Assembly: GCF_006345805.1 (NCBI RefSeq)
Contig: NC_043026.1
Coordinates: 3,844,001-3,908,000 of the forward strand
DNA length: 64,000 nucleotides
Direction: 5' to 3'
From: Octopus sinensis
Taxonomy: Eukaryota
A program made the position numbers and the translations under genes. The stretch's first letter is position 1; the number at the start of each line of letters is the position of its first letter. The notes beneath the pieces are model-generated. The model did no database searches. It worked only from the letters and a program-made list of their open reading frames with translations, and had not been told where the DNA came from. Positions 37,114 to 50,039 of this stretch are shown piece after piece.

Positions 37114-39436
37114 TAAAAAGACTCCGTCGGTTACGACGACGAGGGTCCCAGCTGATACGATCAACGGAACAGCTTGCTCGTGAAATTAACGTGCAAATGG
37201 CTGAGCATTCCACAGACACGTGTACCCTTAACGTAGTTCTCGGGGATAATCAGCGTGACACAGAGAGTGACAAGGCTGACCCTTTGAAATACAAGTACAA
37301 CTCATCTTTGCCAGCTGAGTGGACTGGAGCAACGTGAAATAAAGTGTCTTGCTCAAGGACACAACGCGTCGCCGGGAATCGAACTCACAACCTTACGATC
37401 ATGAGCTGAATGCCCTAACCACTAAGCCACGCGCCCTCACTATATATATATATATGGCCCAGTGGTTAGGGCAGCGGACTTGCGGTCATAGTCGATCATG
37501 GTTTCGATTCCCAGACCGGGCGTTGTGAGTGTTTATTGAGCGAAAGCACCTAGAAGCCCCACAAGGCCCTGGCAGGGGGTGGTGATCCCTGCTGTACTCT
37601 TTCTTTCTCTCTTTCTTCTGTTGGCCTGCTCGCTAGACCTGGTTGAAATAGTAGCTAAATCTCCCTCAAATCATACCCTCCTACATAAATATCCATATGA
37701 GCCAATGAGGGAAATCTTTACATTTAGCTAGACCTGGTAAAAATAGCAGTCAAATCTCCTCAAATCACACCTTCTTGTCTTATGTGTGCATATACATAGG
37801 TATGAACTAATAAGAGACCTTTACATGGTAGCTAAACCTGGTTGAAATAGCAGCCAAATATCCCTCAAATCACACCTCATGTATTATGTATGTATACATG
37901 TAGGTATGAGCCAATAAGAATGACCTTTACATGGTAGCTAGACCTGGTTGAAATAGCAGCCAAATCTCCCTCAGATCACACCCTTCTATCTTATGTATGT
38001 AGATATGTATGTATGAGCCAATGAGGGTGACCTCTACATGATAACTTGACCTGGTAGAAGCAACAGCCAAATCTCAACTCACACCTTACTGTCTTATGTA
38101 TGTTTGCATGTATGTATGAGCCAATGAGGGAGACTTTAATACAGTAGAAATAGCAGCCAAATCTCCCTCAAATCAGCATCTTCTGTCTAATGTATGTAGG
38201 TATGTATGAGCTAAAGAACAAGGCTTCCAGATGATAGCTTGGCCTGGTAGAAACAGCAGCCAAATCACCTTCAAATCACACCCTTTTGCCTTATGTATCA
38301 TATACATCTGTATAAGCCAATGCTGGAGACCTTTATGCGGTAGCTTCACCTGTTAGAAATAGCAGCCAAACTTATCTCAGCTCACATCCAATTACATATA
38401 TATGCATATAAATGAGCCAGTGGGGGAAATATTTACGTGATAGATAGACCTGTTAGAAATAGCAGCCAAATTTCTCTGAAATCACACTCTTCTGTATTAT
38501 GTATACATGTTTGTATGAATCAATGAGGCTAACTTCTACATAATAGCTTGACCTGTTAAGAGTTGTGTGTAAATGTCCTTCAAATCATATCCACCTGTCC
38601 TATATAAGTATAAACCTAAAGTATGAGTCAAAGAGAGTGTCCTCTACATAGTAGCTTGACCTACAGAAATAACAACCAAATCACCTTCAAATTGTATCCA
38701 ATTGTCTTATGTATGTAGATATGCATGAGGCAATGAGTAAGATGTCAATTTGATAGCTAGACCTGGTAGAAATAGTAGCCAAATCTCCCTCACATTCAAT
38801 ATTACGCATGTATATGTGTATGTATGAGCTACTGACGGTGACCGCTACATAATAGCTTGACCTGTTAGAAATAACAACCAAATCTGCCTCAAATCACACC
38901 CTCCTGTCTCGTATGTATATATGTATGAATGAGCCAATGAGTGACACCTCAAGATAATAGCTTGACCTGTTAGAAATAGCAGCCAAAGCTCCTTCAAATC
39001 ACTCCCTCTTGACTCATGTATGTATAAATGTATGAAGGAGCCAATGAGGGAGACATCTACGTAATAGCTTGACCTGTTAGAAATAGCAGCCAAATCTGCC
39101 TCAAATCACACCCTCCTCTCTCATGTATGTATATATGTATGAATGAGCCAATGAGGGAGACCTCTACATAATAGCTTGACCTGTTAGAAATAGCATCCAA
39201 ATCTCCCTCAAATTACTCCCTCCTGTCTCATGTATGTATATACATATATGAATGAGCCAATGAAGGAGACCTCTATGTAATAGCTTGACCTGTTAGAAAT
39301 AGCAGCCAAAGCTCCCTCAAATCACTCCCTCCTCGCTCATGTATGTATATATGAATGAATAAGCCAATGAGGGAGACCTCTACATAATACCTTGACATGT
39401 TAGAAATAGCAGCCAAATGTCCTCAAATCACATCTA

Positions 39437-40703
39437 CGAGGGACGTTCAATAAGTAATGCCTCTGACCCACTTCCAGGTGTTTGATCTAGTTGAAATTTT
39501 GCATGTACAATTACTTATATCTCTATAGATTAGGTGGCAAATTACAGCTCTGAACTAATTGTGGTTTCTGATTTACAGGTGTTTGAACTGAGTCAAGTGT
39601 GAAATTGGGAGCCTGTTGAGTGTCGAGCAGTGATCCAGTTTTGTATTTGAAGGACGCCACACCACAGGAGACTTTTGATGAAATGAAAGTAACTTATGGT
39701 GATGATGCCCCATCATATGACCTTGTAAAACGCTGGCATCGTGAATTCAAACATGGTCGGAACTCTGTGGAAACAGCTCCCAGATCTGGTCAACCCCCTT
39801 CTGCCATTGATGAGGCATCTGTCCGTCAAGTTGAGGCTGCCATTTTGGAAGGTCAATGCATAACTATTCGCCAAATAGCCCATGAGGTCAAGATTAGTAC
39901 CGGGTCAGTGGAAACTATCATTCATGACCATTTGCATATGCAAAAGGTGTCTGCCTTTCCAGAAGCAAGAACGCGTCGAGTGCTCGAGGATGAATTTGGA
40001 GACATGCCAAGAAGATGAGTCAAACTTTTTCAAAAGACTGATTACACAGGGTAAAACCTGGGTCCATCACTATGATCCAGAGATCAAAGCCCAGTCAATG
40101 CAGTGGAAGCACCGTGACTCACCTCCTCCAAAGAAGGCAAGGGTGCAGCCCTCTGCTGGCAAGGTCATGCTCACAGTCTTCTGGGACCAGGACGGAGTAG
40201 TGATGACAGATTTCCTGGCAAAGGGTACCACAATTACAGGAGCCTATTATGCTTCACTTTTGAGGAAATTATGAGAACCTATCAAAATCAAGAGGTGGGG
40301 CAAGATCAGCAAAGGCATCCTCCTCCTGCAGGACAACGCTCTGGTCCACAACTCGCGTGTCGTCAGATCAGAAGCACAGGCGTGCTGCTATGAACTCCTC
40401 CCCCATCCCCCCTACGCTCCTGACCTTGCACCCTCTGATTTTCACCTCTTCCCAGCCATGAAGTTTTTTTGAAAGGAAAGCATTTCACAGATGATGCAGC
40501 CTTGATTTCTAAAGTCACGTCGTGGTTGGAGGACCAAGCTGGGGTCTTCTACAAAAACGGTCTCCAGCACTGCATCAAACGATGGCAGAAATGCGTAACT
40601 CTGGGTGGTTCCTATGTAGAAAAAGACTAATAACTGTGCCAAGTTTCGTTGCTCTACTGCTATGGGAAGTGGGTCAGGGGCATTACTTATTGAACGCCCC
40701 TCA
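39437..40703 (+). mobile_element. Near full-length mariner transposon (1267 bp, ~39-bp TIRs, TA TSD)
   Basis: TA|CGAGGGACGTTCAATAAGTAATGCCTCTGACCCACTTCC ... GGAAGTGGGTCAGGGGCATTACTTATTGAACGCCCCTCA|TA. Confidence 0.95.
39606..40630 (+). pseudogene. Mariner (DD34D-type) transposase pseudogene
   Basis: HTH region, WVHHYDPE, KVMLTVFWD, LLQDNA and HPPYAPDLAPSDFHLF motifs. Frameshifts, an in-frame TGA, loss of the WVPRLL linker and a mutated first catalytic Asp. Confidence 0.93.
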
Positions 40704-40907
40704 TATATGCATATAAATGAGCCAGTGGGGGAAACATTTACGTGCTAGATAGACCTATTAGAAATAGCAGCCAAATCTCTCTGAAATCACACTCTTCTGT
40801 ATTATGTAAACACGTTTGTATGAATCAGTGAGGCTAACTTCTACATAATAGCTTGACCTGTTAAAAGTTGTTGGTAAATGTCCTTCAAATCATATCCACC
40901 CGTCCTA

Positions 40908-41183
40908 TTTTTCACGTTGAGAGTTGCTGAAGAATGGAACAAACTGCCGGCATCGGTTGTTAGTTGTCGGAGCACTGCATCCTTCAAGACTTCCATGCTT
41001 CCTGAGATTCGTCAACACTACACTTGATTTTCTCCCCTCCATACACACACAAGCATGTATCTGACTCATACATTGTTCGCTTTCCAGACATTTCTACATT
41101 ACTGCATGTACTTTATATGCACTTTCTGACAAGTTGTGGTGCACCTGAGCACTGTATACAATAATTTCATTATTATTATTATT
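40908..41183 (+). mobile_element. CR1/L2-like LINE 3' fragment with (TTA)n tail
   Basis: FTLRVAEEWNKLPASVV plus a 3' UTR matching the copies at 51403 and 62777. Confidence 0.75.
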
Positions 41184-41649
41184 TTATATAAGTATATACC
41201 TAAAGTATGAGTCAAGGAGAGTGTCCTCTACATAGTAGCTTGACCTACAGAAATAACAACCAAATCACCTTTAAATTGTATCCAATTGTCTTATGTATGT
41301 AGATATGCATGAGGCAATGAGTAAGATGTCAATTTGATTGCTAGACCTGGTAGAAATAGCAGCCAAATCTCCCACACATTCAATATTACGCATGTATATG
41401 TGTATGTATGAGCTACTGACGGTGACCGCTACATAATAGCTTGACCTGTTAGAAATAGCAGCCAAAGCTCCCTCAAATCACACCCTCCTGTCTCATGTAT
41501 GTATATATGTATGAATGAGCCAATGAAGGAGACCTCTATGTAATAGCTTGACCTGTTAGAAATAGCAGCCAAACCTCCTTGAAATCACTCCCTTCTGTCT
41601 CATGTATGTATATATATATATGAATGAGCCAACGAGGGAGACCTCTGCG

Positions 41650-42210
41650 GCAGACGAAATACCTATTTCTTTACTACCCACAAGGGGCTAAACACAGAGA
41701 GTACAAACAACAGCAGACAAACGGATTAAATCGATTACATCGACCCCAGTGTGCAACTGGTACTTATTTAATTGACCCCGAAAGGATGAAAGGCAAAGTC
41801 GACCTCGGCGGAATTTGAACCCAGAACGTAGCGGCAGACGAAATACTTGTTTCTTTACTACCCACAAGGGGCTAAACACAGAGAGGACAAACAAGGACAG
41901 ACAAACGGATTAAGTCGATTACATCGACCCCAGTGCGTAACTGGTACTTATTTGATTGACCCCGAAAGGATGAAAGGCAAAGTCGACCTCGGCGGAATTT
42001 GAACCCAGAACGTAACGGCAGACGAAATACCTATTTCTTTACTACCCGCAAGGGGCTAAACACAGAGGGGACAAAAAAGGACAGACAAACGGATTAAGTC
42101 GATTACATCGACCCCAGTGCGAAACTGGTACTTAATTTATCGACCCCGAAAGGATGAAAGTCGACCTCGGCGGAATTTGAACCCAGAACGTAACGGCAGA
42201 CGAAATACGG
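41650..42210. repeat. Three tandem ~184-bp copies of a SINE-like segment
   Basis: GAAATACCTATTTCTTTACTACCCACAAGGGG...GTCGACCTCGGCGGAATTTGAACCCAGAACGTA x3. A single copy is at ~46380-46600. Confidence 0.85.
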
Positions 42211-43373
42211 CTACGCATTTCGCCCGGTGTGCTAACGTTTCTGCCAGTTCTCCGCTATCACTTACACCACCCCTACCACCATCAAGTGGCCCGCAGTGGC
42301 AGAGGCCTGTCCCACACAGAACTTTTCTGGTTACTTTTAGGTATCCCCTCATGCATATTTATGCTATGTTCATTTACACACCAGGAAATAAAGTGGCTAA
42401 CTGGCTTCCGTGCCGGTGGCACATAAAAAGCACCATTCGAGCGTGATCGTTACTACCATAGCTTTACTGGCACGTGAAAAAACATTCAAGCGAGGTCGTT
42501 GCCAGTGCCGCTGGTCTGGCTCCTGTTCAGGTGGCATGTAAAAAAAACACCATTTGAGCCTGGCCGTTGCCAGTACCGCCTGACTGGCCCTCGTGCCAGT
42601 GGCACGTTAAACACCCACTACACTCTCGGAGTGGTTGGCGTTAGGAAGCCTGGTGCAGCCTCCTGGCTTCCCAGACCCCGGTCGAACCATCCAACCCATG
42701 CTAGCATGGAAAAACGGATGTTAAACGATGGTGATGTGCTCTTTTACTCGTTTCAATCATTTGACTGCGGCCATGCTGGAGCACCGCCTTTAGTCGAGCA
42801 AATTGACCCCGGGACTTATTCTTTGTAAGCCCAGTACTTATTCTATCGGTCTCTTTTGCCGAACCGTAAAGTGACGGGGACGTCAACACACCAGCATCGG
42901 TTGTCAAGCAATGCTAGGGAGACAAACACAGACACACAAACACACACACGCATATATATACATATATACGATGGGCTTCTTTCAGTTTCCGTCTACCAAA
43001 TCCACTCACAAGGCATTGGTCGGGCCCGAGGCTATAGTAGAAGACACTTGCCAAGGTGCCACGCAGTGGGACTGAACCCAGAACCATGTGTTGGTTAGCA
43101 AGCTACTTACCACACAGCCACTCCTGCGGCCTATTATATCTATATATATATATATATATATAAAACAGACTTCTTTCAGTTTCCAGTTACCAAATTTACA
43201 CACGAGGCTTTGATTGGCCCAGAGCTATAGCAGAAGATGATTCCATAATGTACCACCCAACAGGACTGGACCTAAAATCACGTGTGTTGAGAAACAAACT
43301 TGTGAACTGATTTACTTGTGCTTCATCCACAGAAAAGACACTCGACAGATTTGTATATCATATTTCTGGCTTG

Positions 43374-43756
43374 TGGAGGTGCAGTGGCCCAGTGGTTAGG
43401 GCAGCGGACTCGCGGTCACAGGATCGTGGTCTCGATTCCCAGACCGGGCGTTGTGAGTGTTTATTGAGCGAAAACACCTAAAGCTCCACGAGGCTCCGAC
43501 AGGGGATGGTGGTGATCCCTGCTGTACTCTTTCACCACAACTTTCTCTCACTCTTACTTCCTGTTTCTGTTGTACCTGTATTTCAAAGGGCCGGCCTTGT
43601 CACTCTCTCTGTCACGCTGAATATCCCCGAGAACTACGTTAAGGGTACACGTGTCTGTGGAGTGCTCAGCCACTTACACGTTAATTTCACGAGCAGGCTG
43701 TTCCGTTGATTCGGATCAACCGGAACCCTCGTCGTCGTAACCGACGGAGTGCTTCC
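43374..43756 (+). mobile_element. tRNA-derived SINE ('family B')
   Basis: GTGGAGGTGCAGTGGCCCAGTGGTTAGGGC..GGTCTCGATTCCC head. Inverted copy at 44570-44951; relatives at ~12145, 37120 (-), 37455. Confidence 0.85.
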
Positions 43757-43900
43757 ATTTCCATTTCTGGCTTACAGGCTGAATTTTTCAGACCAAAATT
43801 TACAACCAAAGAAATGGTAGATTGACTTATACACCAAAACAACTTTGGAGGATCAAAACTTCCATGCGAAAACGCTGACAATGTTTGAACGTTTATACTA

Positions 43901-44390
43901 TGAGGGGGTACCCCAAACGAAACCGGAATTTTGCAATATTTTATTCACTTAGTTTTATACGTTTACACTTTTATGGCCTTCGAAATATTTTCCATTTGAA
44001 GCAATGCATCAGTCCAGGCATGTTTTCCAATGTTCGAAGCAGTGCTGGAACTCTTGCGAATTGATGCCTTGTAAAGCGTCCATCATTTGTTACTTCACCT
44101 CTTCTACATTTGCAAATTCTGTAGCACCAGCATTTGTCACCAGTGATGGCCTTCGAGAAAAGGTCCGGATCAACTTCAAGCTGTTCTTTCAGTTCACGAC
44201 ACGTATTCAGTTGAGACTGCCTTTGATCTTCCGTGAGCAAGCGAGGCACAAGTTTTGCTGCAACTCTTTTCATTTGCAGTTCCTCACTCAAAATTCGTTG
44301 GCAGGAGCTCCAGAATTCACCAGTCATATCAACAAGTTTGTCAATTGTTTAGTGACAGTCTTTCAAGATCAGTTCATGAATTTTCTTGAT
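43901..44390 (-). pseudogene. Internally deleted mariner transposase remnant with one TIR
   Basis: KRVAAKLVPRLLTEDQ...FSKAITGDKCWCY joined directly to the C-terminal helix region. End GGGGTACCCCCTCA|TA at 43901. Confidence 0.8.
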
Positions 44391-44569
44391 GTTGTAGTGG
44401 CACAAGCAGCCAACACCATATTGGATGAGATCTCGTGGAAGCCATGCAAGAGGTCACAACAAGGCTCGCGATGGAAAACTATATAAAGGGAAAACCCGAT
44501 TTAGATCTCTCTCTTTTTGGCGCCACTTTGTGAACACCACCACCACTGGCTGGTCCTGCCCTATATGTG

Positions 44570-44951
44570 GAAGCACTCCGTCGGTTACGACGACGAGGGT
44601 TCCGGTTGATCCGATCAACGGAACAGCCTGCTCGTGAAATTAACGTGTAAGTGGCTGAGCACTCCACAGACACGTGTACCCTTAACGTAGTTCTCGGGGA
44701 TATTCAGCGTGACACAGAGAGTGACAAGGCCGGCCCTTTGAAATACAGGTACAACAGAAAAAGGAAGTAAGAGTGAGAGAAAGTTGTAGTGAAAGAGTAC
44801 AGCAGGGATCACCACCATCCCTGCCAGAGCCTCGTGGAGCTTTTAGATGTTTTCGCTCAATAAACACTCACAACGCCCGGTCTGGGAATCGAAACTGCGA
44901 TCCTATGACCGCGAGTCCGCTGCCCTAACCACTGGGCCATTGCGCCTCCAC
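44570..44951 (-). mobile_element. tRNA-derived SINE ('family B'), inverted relative to 43374-43756
   Basis: Reverse-complement match over ~380 bp. Confidence 0.85.
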
Positions 44952-45724
44952 CCTGTCTATATATTGTATCTCCAGAGGCAATGTGCCCGCACTAACGGAG
45001 CTACTACCACAACGCACACAGCTAAAGATGGTAGCTGAGAGCAGCACACTTCATCTATCTTGGGATCTTTTCCTTTTGAACGGCAGTTTTCAACACAATT
45101 TCTAGTTAACTAAACACTTTTAAACTTCGTATACTGGTAGAATGTGTCAAAATAAAACAGTTTTTTCTCTTGGCTTTCTTGAGAAAATTGTAATTTAATT
45201 GTTACGCGTGTGTCTAAAATTATTCGTTTTGTTTTTGTTTTGAGTTTTTGCTTTCGTTTTAGCCTTTCGGTTTTTTTTTCTTAATTGTTAAATTAAAATT
45301 ATTTTCCATTGCTTTCGTTTTAGCCTTTTTTTTTTTTCTTAATTGTTATCCTTAAATTAATTTAACAATTAAAAAAAAAAAAAAACGAAAGGCTAAAATT
45401 TAGGGTTAGGGTTAGAGTTAGGGTTAGTGACAGGATGTTGTCTGTTTTAGTCGCAGCAAATGATTTTAGGTCAATAGAGGGCATAGGATTGGTTAAAATT
45501 CGAAAAATTAAACTGAATGAGGTTGGTCTTCAAATGACAACAGACCGTTCCTAAAGTGTGAAAACCATTCGTGAACTTCTGTTATACTCATGGCATCATC
45601 CTTTTAAGTTTATGAAGCAAGAATTTCATGGAAGCATGCTATTTCTTCATTTCACCCATAGAAAAAAAAAATCGACGAACAGTAGGCATAATTTAATAGG
45701 GGAGCCATAAGTAGTAGATAGTTA

Positions 45725-45844
<120 letters not shown>

Positions 45845-46116
45845 TTACCACACAGCCACTCCTACGTCTATAAGTGTTTTGTAGAGCGTACTTAATAATA
45901 AATATATTAAGCATGTTTTCTGGTTTACAAGACAAATTTTTCAGGTCAAAATTTACAGGCAAAGAAAGGCAGGTTGACTCAAACATGAAAATGACTTTGA
46001 ATGACCAAAAATCTTACATGAATTACAGAAGTATTTATGAAGATGGATACTATTTTTTAATGCCTTACACTATATACTATGTTAACTTGTATGCTGGGAA
46101 ATATGGTATATGAATG

Positions 46117-46169
<53 letters not shown>

Positions 46170-46324
46170 ATATATATATATACATGTGTGTGTGTGTGTG
46201 TATATATATGTGTGTGTGTGTATATATATATGTGTGTGTGTGTGTGTGTTGTGTTTATATATATATATATATGTGTGTGTATTGTGTATGTATATATATA
46301 TATATGTGTATTGTGTATGTATAT

Positions 46325-46379
<55 letters not shown>

Positions 46380-46698
46380 TTCTTTATTACCCACAAGGGG
46401 CTAAACATAAAGGGGACAAACAAGGACAGACATAGGTATTAAGTCGATTACATCGACCCCAGTGCGTGACTGGTACTTAATTTATAGACCCCGAAAGGAT
46501 GAAACGCAAAGTCGACCTCGGCGGAATTTGAACTCATAACGTAACGGCAGGCGAAATACCGCTAAGCATTTCGCCCGGCGTGCTAACGATTCTGCCAGCT
46601 CGCCGCCTTATATATGTGTGTATATATATTCGACAAGAAATAATATTTGTCTCTTTTTATGGAAACAAAAGGGTTTATAGGACTGCAAAAAAAAAGTG

Positions 46699-47121
46699 GG
46701 AAATCTTTCGTCTCTAGTAGACCTTTCCGTCGATTTCCGTAAAAGAATTTTTTTTTTTACATATGGGCTTGCGGGAACTTTTGAAGTAATGAGAGCGAAA
46801 GAGACTAAGAGAAAGCGATTGTATGACGAGGGAAGTTCTTTTGAAGTTACCTCTGTCTCTTCACACACACTAACAGAAGCACTTCACTTACACAACATAC
46901 AGTCTGTCTCCCACACCCCATCAAACACACACACACACACACATGTACATCAATGCTCCCATGCACGGTAACTTCAAAAAGAACTCCCTCGTCATACAAT
47001 CGCTTTCTCTTAGTCTCTTTCGTTCTCATTACTTCAAAAGTTCCCGCAAGCCCATATGTAAAAAAAAAAAATTTTTTTTACGGAAATCGACGGAAAGGTC
47101 TACTAGAGACGAAAGATCGCC
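46699..47121. mobile_element. MITE with ~150-bp TIRs and 8-bp TSD (Merlin-like)
   Basis: GG(C/A)(G/A)ATCTTTCGTCTCTAGTAGAC.. termini; AAAAAGTG on both sides. Confidence 0.8.
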
Positions 47122-47349
47122 AAAAAGTGCTCAAATGTAAACGAGACGAAGATAAATAAACATTGGTCATAGAACAAACATTAAATTCGAGTCAACGGCG
47201 TAACATATTAACATCATACCTCAAACATTTAATCATATATAAATATCACCGTTGTATAAAAAGATATACATATAAACACAGAAGATAAACATATATATAT
47301 ATACTATATATATATTATATATATATATATTATATATATATATATATAT

Positions 47350-47851
47350 AACTGTAGTTGTGTGAGTGTCTGTCCCCTTCGATTTAGATTCCTAACTACT
47401 CCCACATTTTGCGGTGCAGTTTAACCAAAACGGGTATCTTATAGTCGTGATTCATATCGAGCCCGTCTGGCTATTAGCGCGCGTCTACGATGAGTCTACG
47501 ATTTTAAAAATAATTTAACATTTTTTATTCCATTTTAATGCATAATTTTTCGTGTGTCGATGGCGGCGGAGTTGGCGTCCATGGTCACACCTGCACCTGT
47601 GTTTGCTTCTCCCCCTTCTTCCCTCCCTCCCTCGTGAAGCTGTGGGGAAGGGAGTGTAAGGAAATCAACGTCGTAAAGCGTTGTCAAGGAGACCAGCGTT
47701 CTTTTAGATCAACGAATTCATGGCTTGAAGACACCAAAACAGAAATGGCTAAGAAAGCCCGAATTGGCATCTATAAGGGAAGTAACTCTCTAAAAATGCT
47801 TATATAGTTATTTCCCTTACAAACCCGAGCAACGCCGGGCGATACTGCTAG
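47350..47851 (+). mobile_element. Non-autonomous Helitron-like element with longer interior; 5' end obscured by (TA)n
   Basis: Shares its 5' body and last ~90 bp (hairpin + CTAG|T) with the 6715 and 11254 copies. Confidence 0.75.
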
Positions 47852-47994
47852 TATATATATATATATATATATAATATATATATATGTGCGAGTAAAATAC
47901 AAATAGAACGGCCTATCAAAAAGGTAAATAAACGACTAAAAATTCATAAAAATTCAAAAGTACGCCATACTACCAAAAAAGACTCATAAACCAA

Positions 47995-49443
47995 GGGACC
48001 TTTTCGGTTTGAACGGCAGTTTTTTCTAGCGGTGTCATATGAAATTGTCACCCATAATTATGACCCTAGTATCGATCTATTGCATTTCAAACTGGGTTAG
48101 GATTAGAGGGTGGGAGAAGGGTATCTTTTTTTTCTTCACAAATGTAAATAAACCCAATTTGTTTCTTTAACGAGGGACATATTCATATGGCACAGAATAT
48201 TTTTTTAACTCAATAGACGTCATTGATTGGTTGAAATTGCAGAAATTGAAGAAAAACAACAACAAATATCTTACAAACTATAGAATTTTCTCAATAAAAC
48301 CAAGAGAAAAAGATGTTTTATAAACACATTCTACCAATATACGAAGTTTAAGTGTTTAGTTATGTGGAAATTATTTTAAAAAACTGCCGTTTAAACCGAA
48401 AAGATCCCAAATATCTTACAAACTATAGAATTTTCTCAATAAAGCCAAGAGAAAAAGATGTTTTATAAACACATTCTACCAATAATATACGAGTTAAGTG
48501 TTTAGTTATGTGGAAATTATTTTAAAAAACTGCCGTTTAACCCGAAAAAGATCCCAAATATCTTACAAACTATAGAATTTTCTCAATAAAGCCAAGAGCA
48601 AGAGAAAAAGATGTTTTATAAAACACATCTACCAATATACGAAGTTTAAGTGTTTAGTTATGTGGAAATTATTTTAAAAACTGCCGTTTAAACCGAAAAG
48701 ATCCCAAATATCTTACAAACTATAGAATTTTCTCAAGAAAGCCAAGAGAAAAAGATGTTTTATAAACACATTCTACCAATATACGAAGTTTAAGTGTTTA
48801 GTTATGTGGAAATTATTTTAAAAAACTGCCGTTTAAAAATAAACGTTTAAACCGAAAAGATCCCAATATCTTACAAACTATAGAATTTTCTCAATAAAGC
48901 CAAGAGAAAAAGATGTTTTATAAACACATTCTACCAGTATATGATGTTTAAAATTTTTTAGTTACCTAGAAATTGTTAAAAACTGCCGTTTAAACCGAAA
49001 AGATCCCAAATATCTTACAAACTATAGAATTTTCTCAATAAAGCCAAGAGAAAAAGATGTTTTATAAACACATTCTACCAGTATATGATGTTTAAAATTT
49101 TTTAGTTACCTAGAAATTGTTAAAAACTGCCGTTCAAACCGAAAAGATCCCAAATATCTTACAAACTATAGAATTTTCTCAAGAAAGCCAAGAGAAAAAG
49201 ATGTTTTATAAACACATTCTACCAGTATATGATGTTTAAAAGTGTTTAGTTATGTGGAAATTATTTTAAAAAACTGCCGTTTAAACCGAAAAGATCCCAA
49301 ATATCTTACAAACTATAGAATTTTCTCAATAAAGCCAAGAGAAAAAGATGTTTTATAAACACATTCTACCAGTATACGAGGTTTAAAATTTTTTAGTTAC
49401 CTAGAAATTATGTTAAAAACTGCCGTTCAAACCGAAAAGATCC
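47995..49443. repeat. TIR element (GGGA(T/C)CTTTTCGGTTTGAACGGCAGTTTT) whose right ~147 bp is tandemly amplified ~7 more times
   Basis: Left TIR at 47995. GATCCCAAA recurs at ~48403, 48551, 48700, 48859, 49003, 49146, 49294; last TIR at ~49438. Confidence 0.85.
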
Positions 49444-50005
49444 TAAGCTAAGATAAAATATCAAACGATTAAGAATGTTTTATCAAACGAATAAAAATAT
49501 TATTAAAAAAATTTTTTACTCACCTCACACTAAGTACGTCCAAAGTTCAATTTTTAAAACCATGGTAGGTTAGACTTCATAGGCAAAGAGATTTCTAGAA
49601 GGTCAATTAAAATACATCGATGGCCATTTCGGGAGCTCATCGCCGTGGTTCCATTACACTAAAGTGTTAATCACGGCAGTTGAGCCCGTCGTCAGGATGG
49701 ACAAGAAAGAAGGAAACACGGACAGAGCAACCTGTTTTCTTTATTGCCCTCAAGGGTCTGACAAAGAGAGGGCAAACAAAACACAGACATGTGGGGACAT
49801 AAAGCATACAGGAAAAACCATAAAAATGTATGATATAATGCATGAAGATTAAAAATAATAAAAAGTAGCTTGCTAACCAACCACATGGTTCCGGGTTCAG
49901 TCCCACTGCGTGGCATCTTGGGCAAGTGTCTTCTGCTATAGCCCCGGGCCGACCAATGCCTTGTGAGTGGATTTGGTAGACGGAAACTGAAAGAAGCCTG
50001 TCGTA

Positions 50006-50039
<34 letters not shown>

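Larger units (their letters stand above)
37640..41640. repeat. Diverged ~120-bp tandem array, opposite orientation to 33306-34490, interrupted by a mariner and a LINE fragment
   Basis: Recurrent GACCTGTTAGAAATAGCAGCCAAATCTCCCTCAAATCACAC...ATGAGCCAATGAGGGAGACCT with much variation between units. Confidence 0.85.

Noticed and set aside
44392-44570. Possible LTR fragment (TG start, TATA-like CTATATAAAGG)
   Set aside because: No second copy, terminal CA, TSD or PBS/PPT to support it.
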